A DNA stretch of 33,633 nt from Asterionella formosa (lineage: Eukaryota): contig NKIB01000328.1 in assembly GCA_002256025.1 (NCBI GenBank), positions 1 through 33,633 on the forward strand. Reading direction: 5' to 3'. Positions 1 through 11,670 of this stretch are shown one piece after another. The stretch's first letter is position 1. Each line of letters starts with the position of its first letter. A program made the position numbers and the translations under genes. The notes below the pieces were generated by a model. It did not search any database. It saw only the letters and a list, made by a program, of their open reading frames with translations, and was not told the DNA's origin.

Positions 1-1559
1 TCCCCCCCCCACGACTCTTCCATACTTATTATTCCAATGTAGCAATTAGTTAGGAGTTCTCTGGAGATGTCATCGTCTCTCGGTTTACCAGTATTTATGC
101 CATGCATCTGTTTTCCTGACAAAATAAATGACTTTAGTCAAATATGCATATAGCTCAGCCGTATTGTACAGCATGATGTACTGTCCCCCCCCAGATTTGC
201 TCGTACAGAGTATCAGGTAGAAAATGTTAATGGGATATACTACCGGTATTACGTCATGAATATTATACATTTACATGCCGGCACACACCGTTTGTCAGCT
301 GGTCCGCAGGTAGACTGCAGGGATGGGTATACCGGCATGTGTGCTCACCCTAACAAAAGTCTACCGTACTCCAACGTAGGTACCGCCGGTATTCGTGGTA
401 GGTAGGCAATAATTTTTGTGCGTTCGCTTAATCATACATAAATATAAACCTATACCCGGTACATTGATTTACCGTGCTGCGAGAGGTACCAGGTACCAAT
501 AACAAATCACGAGGATAGTTCTCAACAATGAGGCGATTGTTTAATGTACTAGATGTAATATTCAATATATAGCTAAGCTGCCTTTTGGGGAGGTTGTCCA
601 ATTTTCCTCCTTATATCTAGACTAAAACCTGGGGCGTTCTGGAATTCATGGAACTGCTAGATAGAGAAAGAAACCCACCCATCCGTCTTAGAAACTACTT
701 TAGATAAATGGATAATTTATGAACTGACAAAGAGAACCAAACCGACCTCGATGTCAAGGAATTTGGGAGGGGATAGAATTGCTTATAAAATAGAACTTTT
801 TGAAATATTAATACGGCTTCCCTCTGTGTGCAAAACATTTTTTCATACTAATCGCCTTTGATATTCGACCTAAAGATCTCATATAATACAACAAATGAAA
901 AACAAAATCAACTCATATAAGTCTGCTCCTCCACAATGCAACTACCGGTAGCCAGATTGGAGAGATCTCTGTTGCTTGCTAGCTAGCTAAACTTCCAGTA
1001 CCATAATTGTATCGTAAGTTAGACCGATGACTGAGGGAAAAATATACCTGGACCTCACTTGCATAGCGGTAGACACACATTTCTAAAGTTGATAAAACTC
1101 CAGAAGGAATCTTCATTTAGGAAATTACTGATCGTACAGCTGTTTCAGTCGTCCCCTTGAGGAGAACACAATCAGTGTACAATTTTGGTTTATCATGTCA
1201 CGTTTGTTGCAAAAAGTGGAGGAGCTCTCAACGTAGCTGGTAGGCAAAGGTACATGGTGTCCCAGTCCCGGTATTGGGAAAAGGTGAAGTATCATACCTT
1301 TTGCGGAATATTGCATGGTTCGTTAGTGCCACCTACTATGGGTATGGTTCAAAGCTTTAATAGTCTACATGTCCATGATGAAGATGTTTCTCCGCGAAGT
1401 TATCCTCGGGGCACTTACTCTTGAAAGTAAAAAACCTGTAAACAAAAGGGGTGATGGAGATCTGCGATGGAGAGAACCTGAACCTAATATCGGTCGACAA
1501 ATCAAAATCGTGTCCACTAGTTCGTTCTGGCAAGGCAAGCCTGCGCAAAGTGCCAAATT

Positions 1560-2471
1560 TCAGAGAAGTTCGCTCGTATTTGGAATAATTGAGGCTTGAA
1601 ATTTCATTCGGCGCTGAATGTTTGTTATTGCCTTGTCTGGATCTATGGATAGTAGGACTGCCCTAATTGTCGCGATCCCATCTGCACCTAGTCTCACAGG
1701 CACATCACAGTTCCCTTCATCGATCCCTCCAATAGCAAGGACTGGGCTTGTGCAACCCTCCCCTAGCAAAGCCATTTTTATTTTTCCAGGAAGTTCAGGT
1801 CCCTCTACATCCGACTCTCCCTTTTCGGGATGGGATTTTGTTGTGTAGCATGTTCCAGCAAAAAAATAGTCGGGCTGAACCTTAGCCCATGCATCCACGG
1901 CTGAGTCGATGCTGTGAGACGACGTGCCAATCACGGGCTCATAGGGAAAAAGTCTACGAATCTCCGGTATTTTCTCGCGGTGGCTTTCCTTGACATGAAT
2001 GCCGTGGGCTCGGGCCCGAATGGCAGCTGACACCCAATCACTCGAAACAACGACTATGAACGGAGCGTCACAAGTCAAAGCTATAACTTGACGTGTCAGC
2101 TCCACAACTCGTTCCTCGAGTTCTTCCGAAGGAACATCAATATTGTTTGGTTTATTACCCGTTCGAATAGATACTAGAGCCACTTGTCGAGTTGATACGG
2201 CGGTCTGAATCGCCTTGAACGTTTCATTCATTCTTGTCCTCGAATCACAGGCATCAGGTTCAGTAATAACTGCTACAAATGGGTAATCGACTATTCCGTC
2301 AAAAACATTCCTACTTTGACTGTTATTGCTTTCTTGGACTTGGAGAAACGCGGAGTACCGAGGCCGCAATGATGGCGTCCACGCAGCTGCCAACGACGGA
2401 AGCACGGTTGACAACACGCACGTCCAGAAGGACCAGAAAAGGACCATCTCAGGCATTTGGAAAATGTCCAT
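1560..2471 (-). CDS. thiE: Thiamine-phosphate synthase (ThiE/TenI, TMP-TENI family)-like TIM-barrel protein, predicted plastid-targeted; single exon (start may be the ATG at 2447)
   Basis: Family motifs in the expected order: VSIR, VVSSD, AHGIHV, IGTSSHS, DYFFAG..YTTKSHP, PVLAIGGID, GADGIATIRAV. A hydrophobic N-terminal signal ends in AAA|WTP (ASAFAP-like). Several canonical ThiE residues are substituted, so the symbol is family-level only. Confidence 0.8.
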   Translation of the reverse strand: MDIFQMPEMVLFWSFWTCVLSTVLPSLAAAWTPSLRPRYSAFLQVQESNNSQSRNVFDGIVDYPFVAVITEPDACDSRTRMNETFKAIQTAVSTRQVALVSIRTGNKPNNIDVPSEELEERVVELTRQVIALTCDAPFIVVVSSDWVSAAIRARAHGIHVKESHREKIPEIRRLFPYEPVIGTSSHSIDSAVDAWAKVQPDYFFAGTCYTTKSHPEKGESDVEGPELPGKIKMALLGEGCTSPVLAIGGIDEGNCDVPVRLGADGIATIRAVLLSIDPDKAITNIQRRMKFQASIIPNTSELL

Positions 2472-2761
2472 TCAATCGATTTCCTTGTTAAGATACATAG
2501 AAGCAGTATTAAAACCAATGGAGATTGGTTGAACAATGCTATTTGGCTGAAAGTACGTTACATTGACTGATGATGTCGTGTTTTTAAAAGAGCGATTTGA
2601 AAGATATGCCTGGGCCACCTGATTTTCTACCAGTACGTAAAAGAAAAGGCCATTGCTTATGTACCACGCCGGAAAATAACTCGTGACTCAATTTTTCCCC
2701 GCGAAAACCGTTCTTTGCCATTCCTTGCCACATTCAAATGAAGCTGATACCAGGCTTAAGA

Positions 2762-3821
2762 GCGACAATAAGGGACAAGAGAAGTATGATTGTTGCATCC
2801 TTGTCTTAGTAACAATGCAAGTTCTGGCTATAGATGTACCTATTGATTCACTTGAGGAACTCACTGGAATCAGCAGAGAAAAACCGGATTTTCTTTCATT
2901 GATTTGTTTAGTGGATGACTTTGAAACAGAACAAATGGATAGTGTTTCCTGAATCAGTTGATTCCATTAGACATATTCAAGACCACTGTCGCACTCTCGG
3001 ATTCCCTGGTTGCATTGGATCCATTGATTGTGTTCATTAATTTGGAATTGCTGTCCTACTGGACTACTACTCAGCCACTCAATGCAAGGAAAGGAGAAGG
3101 CACCAACCCTTGTCTTTCAAGTCATAGTTTCACATACAAAGAAAGTTCTGTCTATTTCAAATGCCCATTTTGGTTGTGACAATGACAAAGCCATAGCAAT
3201 ATTCAATGCTGCCCAATCACAAACTTAAGAAGCAAATCAAGGAAGCATTTGGAGCAACAGGGTCTGAGGGTACTACAAACAAGATGGAACTGTTGGGATT
3301 GAGAAGGTTTCTATTTTTTTTGTGATGGAGGATACCATACATGGCATAGTTCCCTACAAGCATCAGCTCAATGATTCCGCTGAAGGGATTTGAAGCAATC
3401 ATCTGGAATCGGAAAGAATGTTCTTGTGGAATGTTTGTTTGGCATTCTTAATAAGAGGTTCATGATCCACAAGAATCCAATGTGGCTACTACATGACAAT
3501 AATCAAACTAGGAATGTCGTTATTCCTTGCTGCTTTATTCACAATATTTTACTTTTATATGATGGGTAGTATGATGAATAGAAACAATTGATTAGCGATG
3601 ATGATGTTGAAGATGCAGTTGATGGAGTCATGACTGATGAAGGTGGTCTCTCAAGAGGATCAAATGAGGGTGGATCTGATGGATACACAAGACATCAGCA
3701 TGGCATGGCTCCTCGAGCTTTAGAAAACAATAATACAGTGTTTGCTGATGGCAATGATTTAGATGTTGATAATGTGGAGGACACTATTGATGCTCCAATT
3801 GGAAGTGAAAAACAAGTATAA
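2762..3821 (+). pseudogene. PIF/Harbinger DDE transposase pseudogene (frameshifts and stops, 5'-truncated)
   Basis: Manual translation across frames gives IDSLEELTGISRE, GFPGCIGSIDCVH* (2999-3040), WNCCP..GKEKAPTLVFQVIV..FGCDNDK, GFYFFCDGGYHTW (~3306-3345), VECLFGILNKRF (~3426-3461) and CCFIHNIL, followed by an acidic tail. This is the full motif series of Harbinger/Plant_tran transposases. Confidence 0.9.
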
Positions 3822-3899
3822 ATAAATAAGAGAGTTAATTGAGTTCATCACTACAGACAGGCCATCGAAAGGAAAGGAAATTGTCTGCACAAACGCTAC

Positions 3900-5100
3900 C
3901 AGTATTTTCATTGTCCTCCTCATCAGATGATGAGTTTCTGTCGTCAGGAGAGCATACACTAGTATCAGCATTGAATGCTTGATCAATTAAAGATAATTCA
4001 TCTGAGTGGGGAAATACTATTGTCTTCCATATGAGAAGCAGTTCCAGAACTACTTGGTACAGCTTCAGGAAAAATCATTTTCAATGTGAATCTGAAGGAG
4101 GCGTTCCCACCCAGGTAAGTTTGCAGACTTGGCCTACATGATTGCATCCAATTGATTCTTCACTTTAACAATGTCTGCGAATGTTATTGCAGCATTAGCA
4201 AAGGAAAGCAGCTCTATTCTTCTCATTAACAAAATCCTTGTTTGTTGATCTCTTGGATACCAAAAATGTCTGCCTCTTCGCATTCCTAGCCTCAAGCCTC
4301 TGCTTGTTATGGCCCCTGAGTTTGTGTTCAAGAGAATCGACATTTTCATTGAGATCTTGAACTTTCTTTCCCACCAGCTGTTCTTGCTATAATCTGATCA
4401 TTACGGAATGCTCGGAATGTGTCACAACTTCAGGTGGATAAGAAACTCTTCTGGAAAATTTTCTAGCTTTACATCATTGATGCCAGAAGCATCCCTGTTC
4501 TCGTTCTTCATACAGTTTCTGGTTTTAGAAATTGACTTGTTCTTGATAAATACCCAAACTTGTGGAACAAGCCTTTTAATTGCAGCTTTTTCAGAATCTA
4601 GCATTTCACCACTCATCAACTTATAGTAAACTGAGACTTCAGGACCCTGAAAACAGCCCAACTAGTCAATCCTTGTGGCATCGTAAAAGTGCTGAATTTT
4701 GCATAAAGCAAAGATTCGCAAGCCACTGCCTCCATGGACTATCTGATATTCAATCCAGATTCATCTTCATGTGATTCTTCTAAGGGCTTGAATGCATGCA
4801 CTCTCTGGTGGAACTCTGTCTCTATTCTTTGCTTGCATATGTCCTCCAAGTTGGTCACTTTGCAAGATGAAATTGAAACACCACACTCGAAAATAATCTT
4901 AAGAAGAAAAGCTTTGATCTTTCATTGAGAAGCTTGTTGTGTGCTTCGATTTGACTGCCCTGCAAGCCTTGCAAGCATATCCATTGGTTCCTGGATAGGC
5001 TGTTGATGATATCATCATGTGAGTAAATTATAAAAATGTAAATGACAAAGACAGTGAATGTACAAATAATATCAGCATGCTAATAACACATACCAGTGTT
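3900..5100 (-). pseudogene. Eroded second ORF of the Harbinger element (putative accessory/DNA-binding partner)
   Basis: Consecutive protein-like minus-strand segments (QEPMDMLARLAGQSNRSTQQASQ*KIKAFLLKIIFECG...; GCFQGPEVSVYYKLMSGEMLD...; MKMSILLNTNSG...) broken by stops and frameshifts, convergent with the transposase. No Myb/SANT motif could be confirmed. Confidence 0.5.
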
Positions 5101-5703
5101 GATGCCATCACCTGCTATGTCAGGATCCATGGGCACGCCAGAATGTTAATAAATCGAGAAGTCAGCATTGAAAGGATCCATAAGGTTGGTTGTTGATGAA
5201 AAAACATCATTGTCAGCATGCATTAATGGAACATTGAGGCCAATTTTGCCAACAGCGATAAAATGCTCAATATTCACCATTGTGGTCAGTTTTGCTAGCC
5301 ATCTGATGGAATTCTGGCATGGTGGTAAGAATAGCTTTTTCCAAAACATTTCTAACAACCCCCGAAATGGAATTCCTTTGTGGTAGGAAACGGCGTTTTT
5401 TGGTGTCCTCAGAGAATCACTGCCGGGTGCGTTGGAATTCCTCGGGAATTGAAAAATTTATAAAATTTCCCGAATGCGTTTTGTCGCCTGGTAACTGGTA
5501 CCAAGCGAGCCCCTAAACTAAACTCACTCATCTGCATCACCCAACTATTATTTTATTACCACTTCTTCCCTGGACCTCTGCAAATAGGAAACAAAATTCT
5601 ATATTTCATCATTTTGTTCGCCCACTCGTCCGCAAAGCGCAAACAAAGGCCCCAACATTCTTTGCTGTGTTTCCATCAGTATAAATTCTCGAAAGAACTG
5701 CAC

Positions 5704-6904
5704 ATGACAATGGAAGACGGCAGAGAGGCCCAGTTTCTTCACGGCCGTGAAAGGCGAATCACAACGACGAATCTCGTGACGAAGAAGCAGCATCAGAAGA
5801 AAGATGACCTTGTCTCATTTTGGAAGGCGCTTCGGCAATTGCTACTTGATTGGGACAACAGCCTTGACGCACTCCACGCTACTCCGACGGTCACTGCCAA
5901 GCAGAGACGAGATGTTTCAGATAGACTCGACCTCTTAGAAGGGGCATTGAGAGACATACTACAAGGGGATAGTTTGACCTTGCTCGACTTGCCAGTATCT
6001 GATGTTAGACTTTTGCATAAAGAGTGTACCCATCGAATGACCCACTTAGATAAAGTTCGGCAAGAGTCATGTCCCCCCACCAAGTTTGTATTTCTAAGAT
6101 ATCGAGCTGCTATGAAGAAAAAAACTATACTACACAAAACATTGAGTGAATCGCCCAAAGCAGCATCGCCGACTGGTGGTACAAATGTCAAATTGGGGGG
6201 AAACGCTATTCATGATTTGGACAATGAAAAAATTTTAGTAGGGAACGACGGTAGAGTGAGAATACAGTCTAAGAATGGAAATATTAGATTTTTCGTGCCA
6301 GCAGAAAATAGTTCGTCATCCGTCATTCTACAAAATCTTCAAAGCTGTTGGGTGGAAATGTACGTTGCATGACGCTAACAGCGAGATGATCAGCATTTAC
6401 GCACAGAAACTAACTTCGCCAAACCATTCAACTTCCAGATCACGCCCATACAAATCAATTCACTTAAAAAACACCAGGAACTGTCACGTTGTCATTTTAC
6501 TACCAGTTGAAGGTGCTGTTCATGTCACCGACTGTGGTCAGTTAGTACTAACGGCATCGTGTCATCAACTGAGACTTCACGAATCTAGGGAGCTACAATG
6601 CCATGTCATGGTTGGAACAAGTCCTATCCTGGAGAATTGCACTGACGTTGTGTTTTATGCTTCCTCTGAAAATGATTTTGTGCGAGACGCCAAAGATTTC
6701 AATTGGTTACGGAATGGAGTGCCAAGTCCAAACTATTCGATTGTTGACGAAATTTCAAAGCACGACGATGCCACCTCAACTGATGTTGTGAATAGTTCTG
6801 CTGGTGATCACATCAACAATGTAAGTCAAGCAATCGCGACAGTGAGGGAAGAGAGTTACGATTTTGTCAAAGGCAAAACTGAAGAATCAGATGATGAGTT
6901 ATGA
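5704..6904 (+). CDS. TBCC: Tubulin-specific chaperone C (tubulin-binding cofactor C); exons 5704-6359 and 6439-6904, ~373 aa
   Basis: Helical N-domain ending PPTKFVF, then a beta-helix C-CAP domain with GAVHVTDC, ASCHQLRLHES, TSPILENC and KDFNWLR..PSPNY. Intron 6360-6438 (GTACGT...ACTAAC...TTCCAG, phase 2) joins the two listed ORFs in frame. Confidence 0.92.
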
Positions 6905-7034
6905 AGGACGTAAAGGAGCACTAAACAAAGATGCTATAATCAAAATCTATGTATGCTATCAAGGATCTATTGTTGACTCCTTACCTACTGTGTGGTACAG
7001 ACTTCTACAGCATTTCAAATCTTTCAGATCCCCT

Positions 7035-10000
7035 TTAGATCACGTGCTTTCTTACCTTGTCAGTAAAGCCTGAGCATCGTGCTTCATGAGCCATTGCCTC
7101 CAAAAATGAGTTGAAAGCCACTTTGCACACTTTGCAATGATGCTCGTCTATCCAGCCAACGGGCTTGCACTCGTCGCCATCATCCGCATTATGGTTATTA
7201 TCCTCCATCTCGTCATTGTCATCATCATCATCCACCTCATTATCTTCATTGTCCTCATCCCATACTTCGTCATCATAATCCTCCATCTTGTCATCCCTAT
7301 GATCCAGTATACCTTTTTGAGTGGATCCATCCACGCTTATGTGGCGAGCACTGCTGATTCTCCGGTTCCCATTTGCTTCCTCCTTTTCGCTGATATTTGC
7401 CTCGGCATTGGTTTTCGAAAGTAACTTATTTGTAGGGTTCTTCCACTCCTGCCCCTTGGGGTAAACCTGAAAGCCAATATCAAGGAGTCGCTTCATCCGC
7501 TCATCCGAGAGTGTATTATCGATACCCTCCCACTTCTGACGGATAAGGGATCTCAGTCGGCAGACCCATCCAGCAAGAGCAGTGTCTTGTTCAAAACGCT
7601 TCGGAACTACAATGACATCCCACATGTGAGAGGGGATATATCATGCAAAACAAGACGGCAACAAAGTGCATGGTATATCCTTACCCCACGTATGACCATG
7701 CTTTTTCTGGAATCGTAGCAATCTTTCAAATCGATCCTCCCACTGGTCTTTGAACCGACGCATGAGGTTGAAGCGACGAGTTTCGCTGTTCTTAGAATTA
7801 AAAACGAAATCAATCTCCATTAAGCGCCTCTCGCGTTCGGGTGTGAGGGAGTGGATCTTTCCTTCTAGCTTAAGCTTCATCTGAGTTCTTTGACGAGCTA
7901 CCCAATAAGACAAAGACTGCATTAGAAAGAAAGAAAAGTTAGTTCGTTCAACGATCGAGGAAAGATCGAGGAAAAATCAAATAAACAACACACACTCACA
8001 GGATTTGGAGGGTAAACTTTTGGTACTAAGCAAGTACCATCAATTGCCTTAAATTTCAGCAATGCATTGAAGTGCGCATCCCATGATTTCGCATTCATGG
8101 TGTTAGCGATGTTATGCCAGAACTGCTGGCTACGTCGAGTGTTCCATTCAAATCCAATGTCGGCGAGCTTCTGCAGACGAGCCTTGGTCAGCGTGTTCTT
8201 CGCACCACGATCTCGTTCACGCTTATATTGACGCGTTTGATACACCCAAGTTGAAAGAGACTATGGAGAAAGATGAGAAATTTAAGGAAATAATTCAACG
8301 AGAAAAATATATGATTTCATGGTTCCATTATCACATACCTTTAGAGATGGCTTGTTCAACGGAATAGCTTTAGGAACACATATGTGACCATGTATACGCT
8401 TGTACTCAACAAGCGCACAAAATCGATTATGCCATGCTCGATTTCTCTCAGCCTGCATCTTACTACAATTCTTCGACGGCTCTTGGGGCTCGTTAGGTAT
8501 TAACAGACGTTGGTACTCTCTAACTGTCATGACCACCAAGCCACCGACTGTTATCTCAACAGAATCATCAGTGATTTCGACGTTGTGTTTTCCCTCTAAG
8601 GCATCGGCTACAGCAACTTCCAAATCTTCGCCGTAGCCAACTTTCGCACTGAGACTTCCAGCGTAAGACAGTGAATTTTGTTTCATTGACCTGATAGGGT
8701 TGCTCTTGGTTTGTCTACTCGGCTTATTCGAATCACTAGCAGCTCGTCGTCGAGCTGAACCTTTCGTTGCTGAAGCCGTGGCAAGTGACTTGGAGGGTGG
8801 GGTACCCGAAGCAGATCTTTTGGAAATATCAGCAGTTGAAATTGATCTCCGAGGTGAATGTCTCCGGACGTCTTGAAATGCTTCGACCTCGTTGGGAGTA
8901 GCAGTTGAAATTGATCGCCGTGTTGACCGTCTCTGACCATCTTGTGAAGCTTCGACTTCGCTTTTAGTCACTGAATCATTACTTTCAGACGCAGATCGTT
9001 TGGAAACATCAGAAGTTAAAATTGATCGCCTAAGTGAGCGTCTCCGAGAATCTTGAGGTAGTTCGACGTCGTTGGTAGTCGTCGAATCATTCTGAGTTCG
9101 TGGTGGTGGCACTCTCGTGCCGTGCGATTGGGATCCTTTGGCCTTTTTTGTATTTTCTGTGTTTTGGGGTTCAGGTGCTTTGCGTTTTTTAGGTTCAACA
9201 GTTTCTCCTTTTTCATATACGTTGTAGCTAAGAAGACTGATTCTTGATGGAGGCTTTCGTTCATCGCTATTAGTGGGTTCATGGTTCTTGCGCGCTCCTT
9301 TAGCCTCCTGTGCAAGGGGAGCTAAATTATGTGTTTCCCAATCAATGAAATTAAATCCCAATCTTTCCAGCATCTCAAATCTTTCCGGATTCAAAAGACT
9401 AGATTTTCCATTCATATATTCTTTGTAGTGTCCACGTAGAGCGACGATCCACTTTCCCAATTGTGAGCGAGGAGGGATCTCATTTATGTTGCCGTGCTTT
9501 TGATTGTATTCCAAGAGTTTTTGTTGGTGAGTCTCCCAACCCTCGTCAAACCATGCAGTGGCGGATTTCTTTTTAGTTTGCACCGAGTTCTCTTTCGCGG
9601 ACGTCTTGTCGTTATCGGCAGAAGTGAATTCGTCTCCATTGCGGTCATTGTCCTCCTCCTTCAAATCCCACGTAAATCCCATTCGACTTAGCATGCTGAA
9701 GCCACCGTTGCTGAGGAAACTGGACTCACCTCGGTTGAAATTTGCATAATCCAGCTTCTGGCGTTCAGCCCAGCGAACGAGTTTTTTGTCTGGGTGGTCA
9801 GGAGGAACATTGGCACTACCTGTCCTGGCGCGGTATGCAGTCCACAGTGTCCACCCTAGAGCCCAGTCGTCGTCGTCGTCGTCTATCTGTTCTCGTTCGT
9901 CGGGTTTTGCCTCCTTCGAGGAAAGCGCGTATCGGTAAAAATTAGGATTGCAAAATAGAGTGAGAAAAATGCGCTGAGGTAAACAATGCAAAATTGACAA

Positions 10001-10205
10001 CAAATGCCGCGTGATTAAAGTTGGATTTCTCGTGGGCGACTAGTAAGGGCGAACGATCAACCTTCCATCCTCGAAAACAGCCACCTCTCATTTCTCACTG
10101 CTTTCTTACCTCCTCAGCAGATTTCTCCTTGACTTGCTTTCCAGTTGAACGTCTTGAGCTATTTTCTGGTGTAGCCTTGCGGCGGGAATGTTTCGACGGT
10201 GCCAT
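7035..10205 (-). CDS. Helicase-associated (HA) repeat protein with five HA domains and a C-terminal C2HC zinc finger; exons 10205-10110, 9913-8339, 8260-8000, 7916-7685, 7606-7035, ~911 aa
   Basis: Five W..(F/Y)..L..(F/Y)...HG...VP....L..WV..QR.....L...R...L...GF.W repeats. Four GT-AG introns join the listed ORFs in frame (2736 nt total). The C-terminus is CKVC-x12-H-x3-C. No helicase domain is present. Exon 1 is the least certain part. Confidence 0.88.
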
Positions 10206-10750
10206 AACGTTTTCTTATTTCTTTTTGTATTACGGTTGCTTTTCCTTTTTCTGGGAGGTACGGAAAACTCCGTACTTTCTCGCTACGTGGATCTCCTAAT
10301 GTTTATGTACATTGTGTTGGGGCGTTACTTTTTCAGTATCTTGAGAAATTCTAGCCGTGTGTAATTCTGCGAAGTTCGCGTTCTTTTGAGAAGTTCGCTT
10401 ACTGTATGTAGCCTGGGACGGGAGCAACCGACCAACCCGTTCTCACACCCGGAAAATGCTGAACAACCCCCGGCGATTGAAAAGAATTAACTCACCATTG
10501 TTTTGCCAAACTCGCTGACCTCGAAAGCATACCTGATCGAAACCGAAGACTGGTCTGAGCACTGCTGACCTCCTTGAAAGCAAACTCAACTGACCCCGGA
10601 AAGACAACATTGTGTTGTACAACTCCCAAAAGGTCTTCAAAATTGCTTGGTAAACCACACCCATGTCTGTAAATTAAAAAACCATTAGGCCTAACAGTTT
10701 TGCTGTAAGACCCACTGCCCCAAAAATTCTCAGTATAACGTATCATTTTT

Positions 10751-10820
10751 TGATCAATCATACAAAAATATTGATTGATCATACAGAAATACTGATTGAT
10801 CATACAAAAAACTGATTGAT
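10751..10820. repeat. Tandem ~21-bp repeat (TGATTGATCATACARAAATAY), about 3.5 copies
   Basis: Units start at 10751, 10772, 10793 and 10813. TGATTGATCATACAG recurs exactly at 14117-14131. Confidence 0.9.
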
Positions 10821-11219
10821 ATCAACTAACATTTTGGTGTTTGATCTAAAGATAGTTATCATGAGATCAAATCAGTTATTCATTCGGTCTAACCCTTGGA
10901 ATGCTAATATCAAATAGAATTTTTAGCTTTTGATCTGACGTTCATTACTACTGATCTAACTTATTTCTCTCATTGATCAAGCCTATTATCATGTTTGATC
11001 AATGATGAACACAAATCGAATTAAATGGATTGCTATTTAATACTCAAATATTCTACTTCTGGTCACCCATACTTTCCACTGTGCATCCTCTATCAGAATG
11101 AGCACACAGTGGTCTTCAATACCTTAATTTTCAATTCCGGTAGCTATTTTTAGATCATTGCCTTTTCAAAATGAAATGAGAGAGTCAACGAAATTGATGA
11201 TGCTTTATTTGAACCTCTA

Positions 11220-11670
11220 GTACCATTGCAAATGGCAGCAAGTCACATTCTTCGATGTTCTTATAAGACTTTCCTGTAAGAGAAAATAACAACAATGTTA
11301 GCAAAACTGTTGCATCAAGTAAGCAAGGCATCTAAACGAAGATATGTGCAAAGAAACGATCACATGAACAATCCATCACTCCAATTTCCCTATGAGCAGG
11401 CAATGTGCATATAACTTACCTGTGCTCTCATGGTTGATTGTTGCTTCCATTAAGAATGGTAGCAAGCCACATTCTCCAAAGGTTCCTGTATGATTTTGAG
11501 GAGATAATATCAATGTTAGCAAAAGTGTTGCAACGATTAAAACATCTCCAGCCACACATGTGCCACGAACTGATGACAAAAACAATCTATATAACTTCAC
11601 ATTACAATAGACATAACAAGCATCAAATAAGAGTATAGTAACTTAACTATGCTCTCACTGTTGATTGATG
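11220..11670 (-). repeat. Diverged ~225-bp tandem duplication made of intron+exon units of an eroded minus-strand gene
   Basis: AATGG(C/T)AGCAAG(T/C)CACATTCT and CAATGTTAGCAAAA occur twice about 225 bp apart. On the minus strand each copy reads branch point GCTAAC, acceptor TACAG, a short exon, then a donor (GTAAGT at 11419; TTAAGT at ~11646). Confidence 0.7.

Larger units (their letters stand above)
2611..5513. mobile_element. Degenerate PIF/Harbinger DNA transposon (transposase plus convergent second ORF); boundaries approximate
   Basis: Contains a clear Harbinger transposase remnant (+) and a convergent eroded ORF (-), which is the two-gene layout typical of this superfamily. A candidate right end is GAGCCCC|TAA at 5507-5516. 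No matching left TIR was found. Confidence 0.7.

Noticed and set aside
1125..1556. Small ORFs downstream of the ThiE-like gene
   Set aside because: They are short, overlap on both strands and show no recognisable motifs or splice structure.
2743..2752. TGGTATCAG on the minus strand as a tRNA-Met primer-binding site
   Set aside because: It is only a partial match and has no adjacent LTR.
6890..6904. C-terminal DDEL on TBCC as an ER-retention signal
   Set aside because: There is no signal peptide and TBCC is cytosolic; an acidic tail explains it.
10044..10054. TAAGGGCGAAC in HA gene intron 1 matching the 2-kb element TIR
   Set aside because: The match stops after 11 bp and has no partner end.
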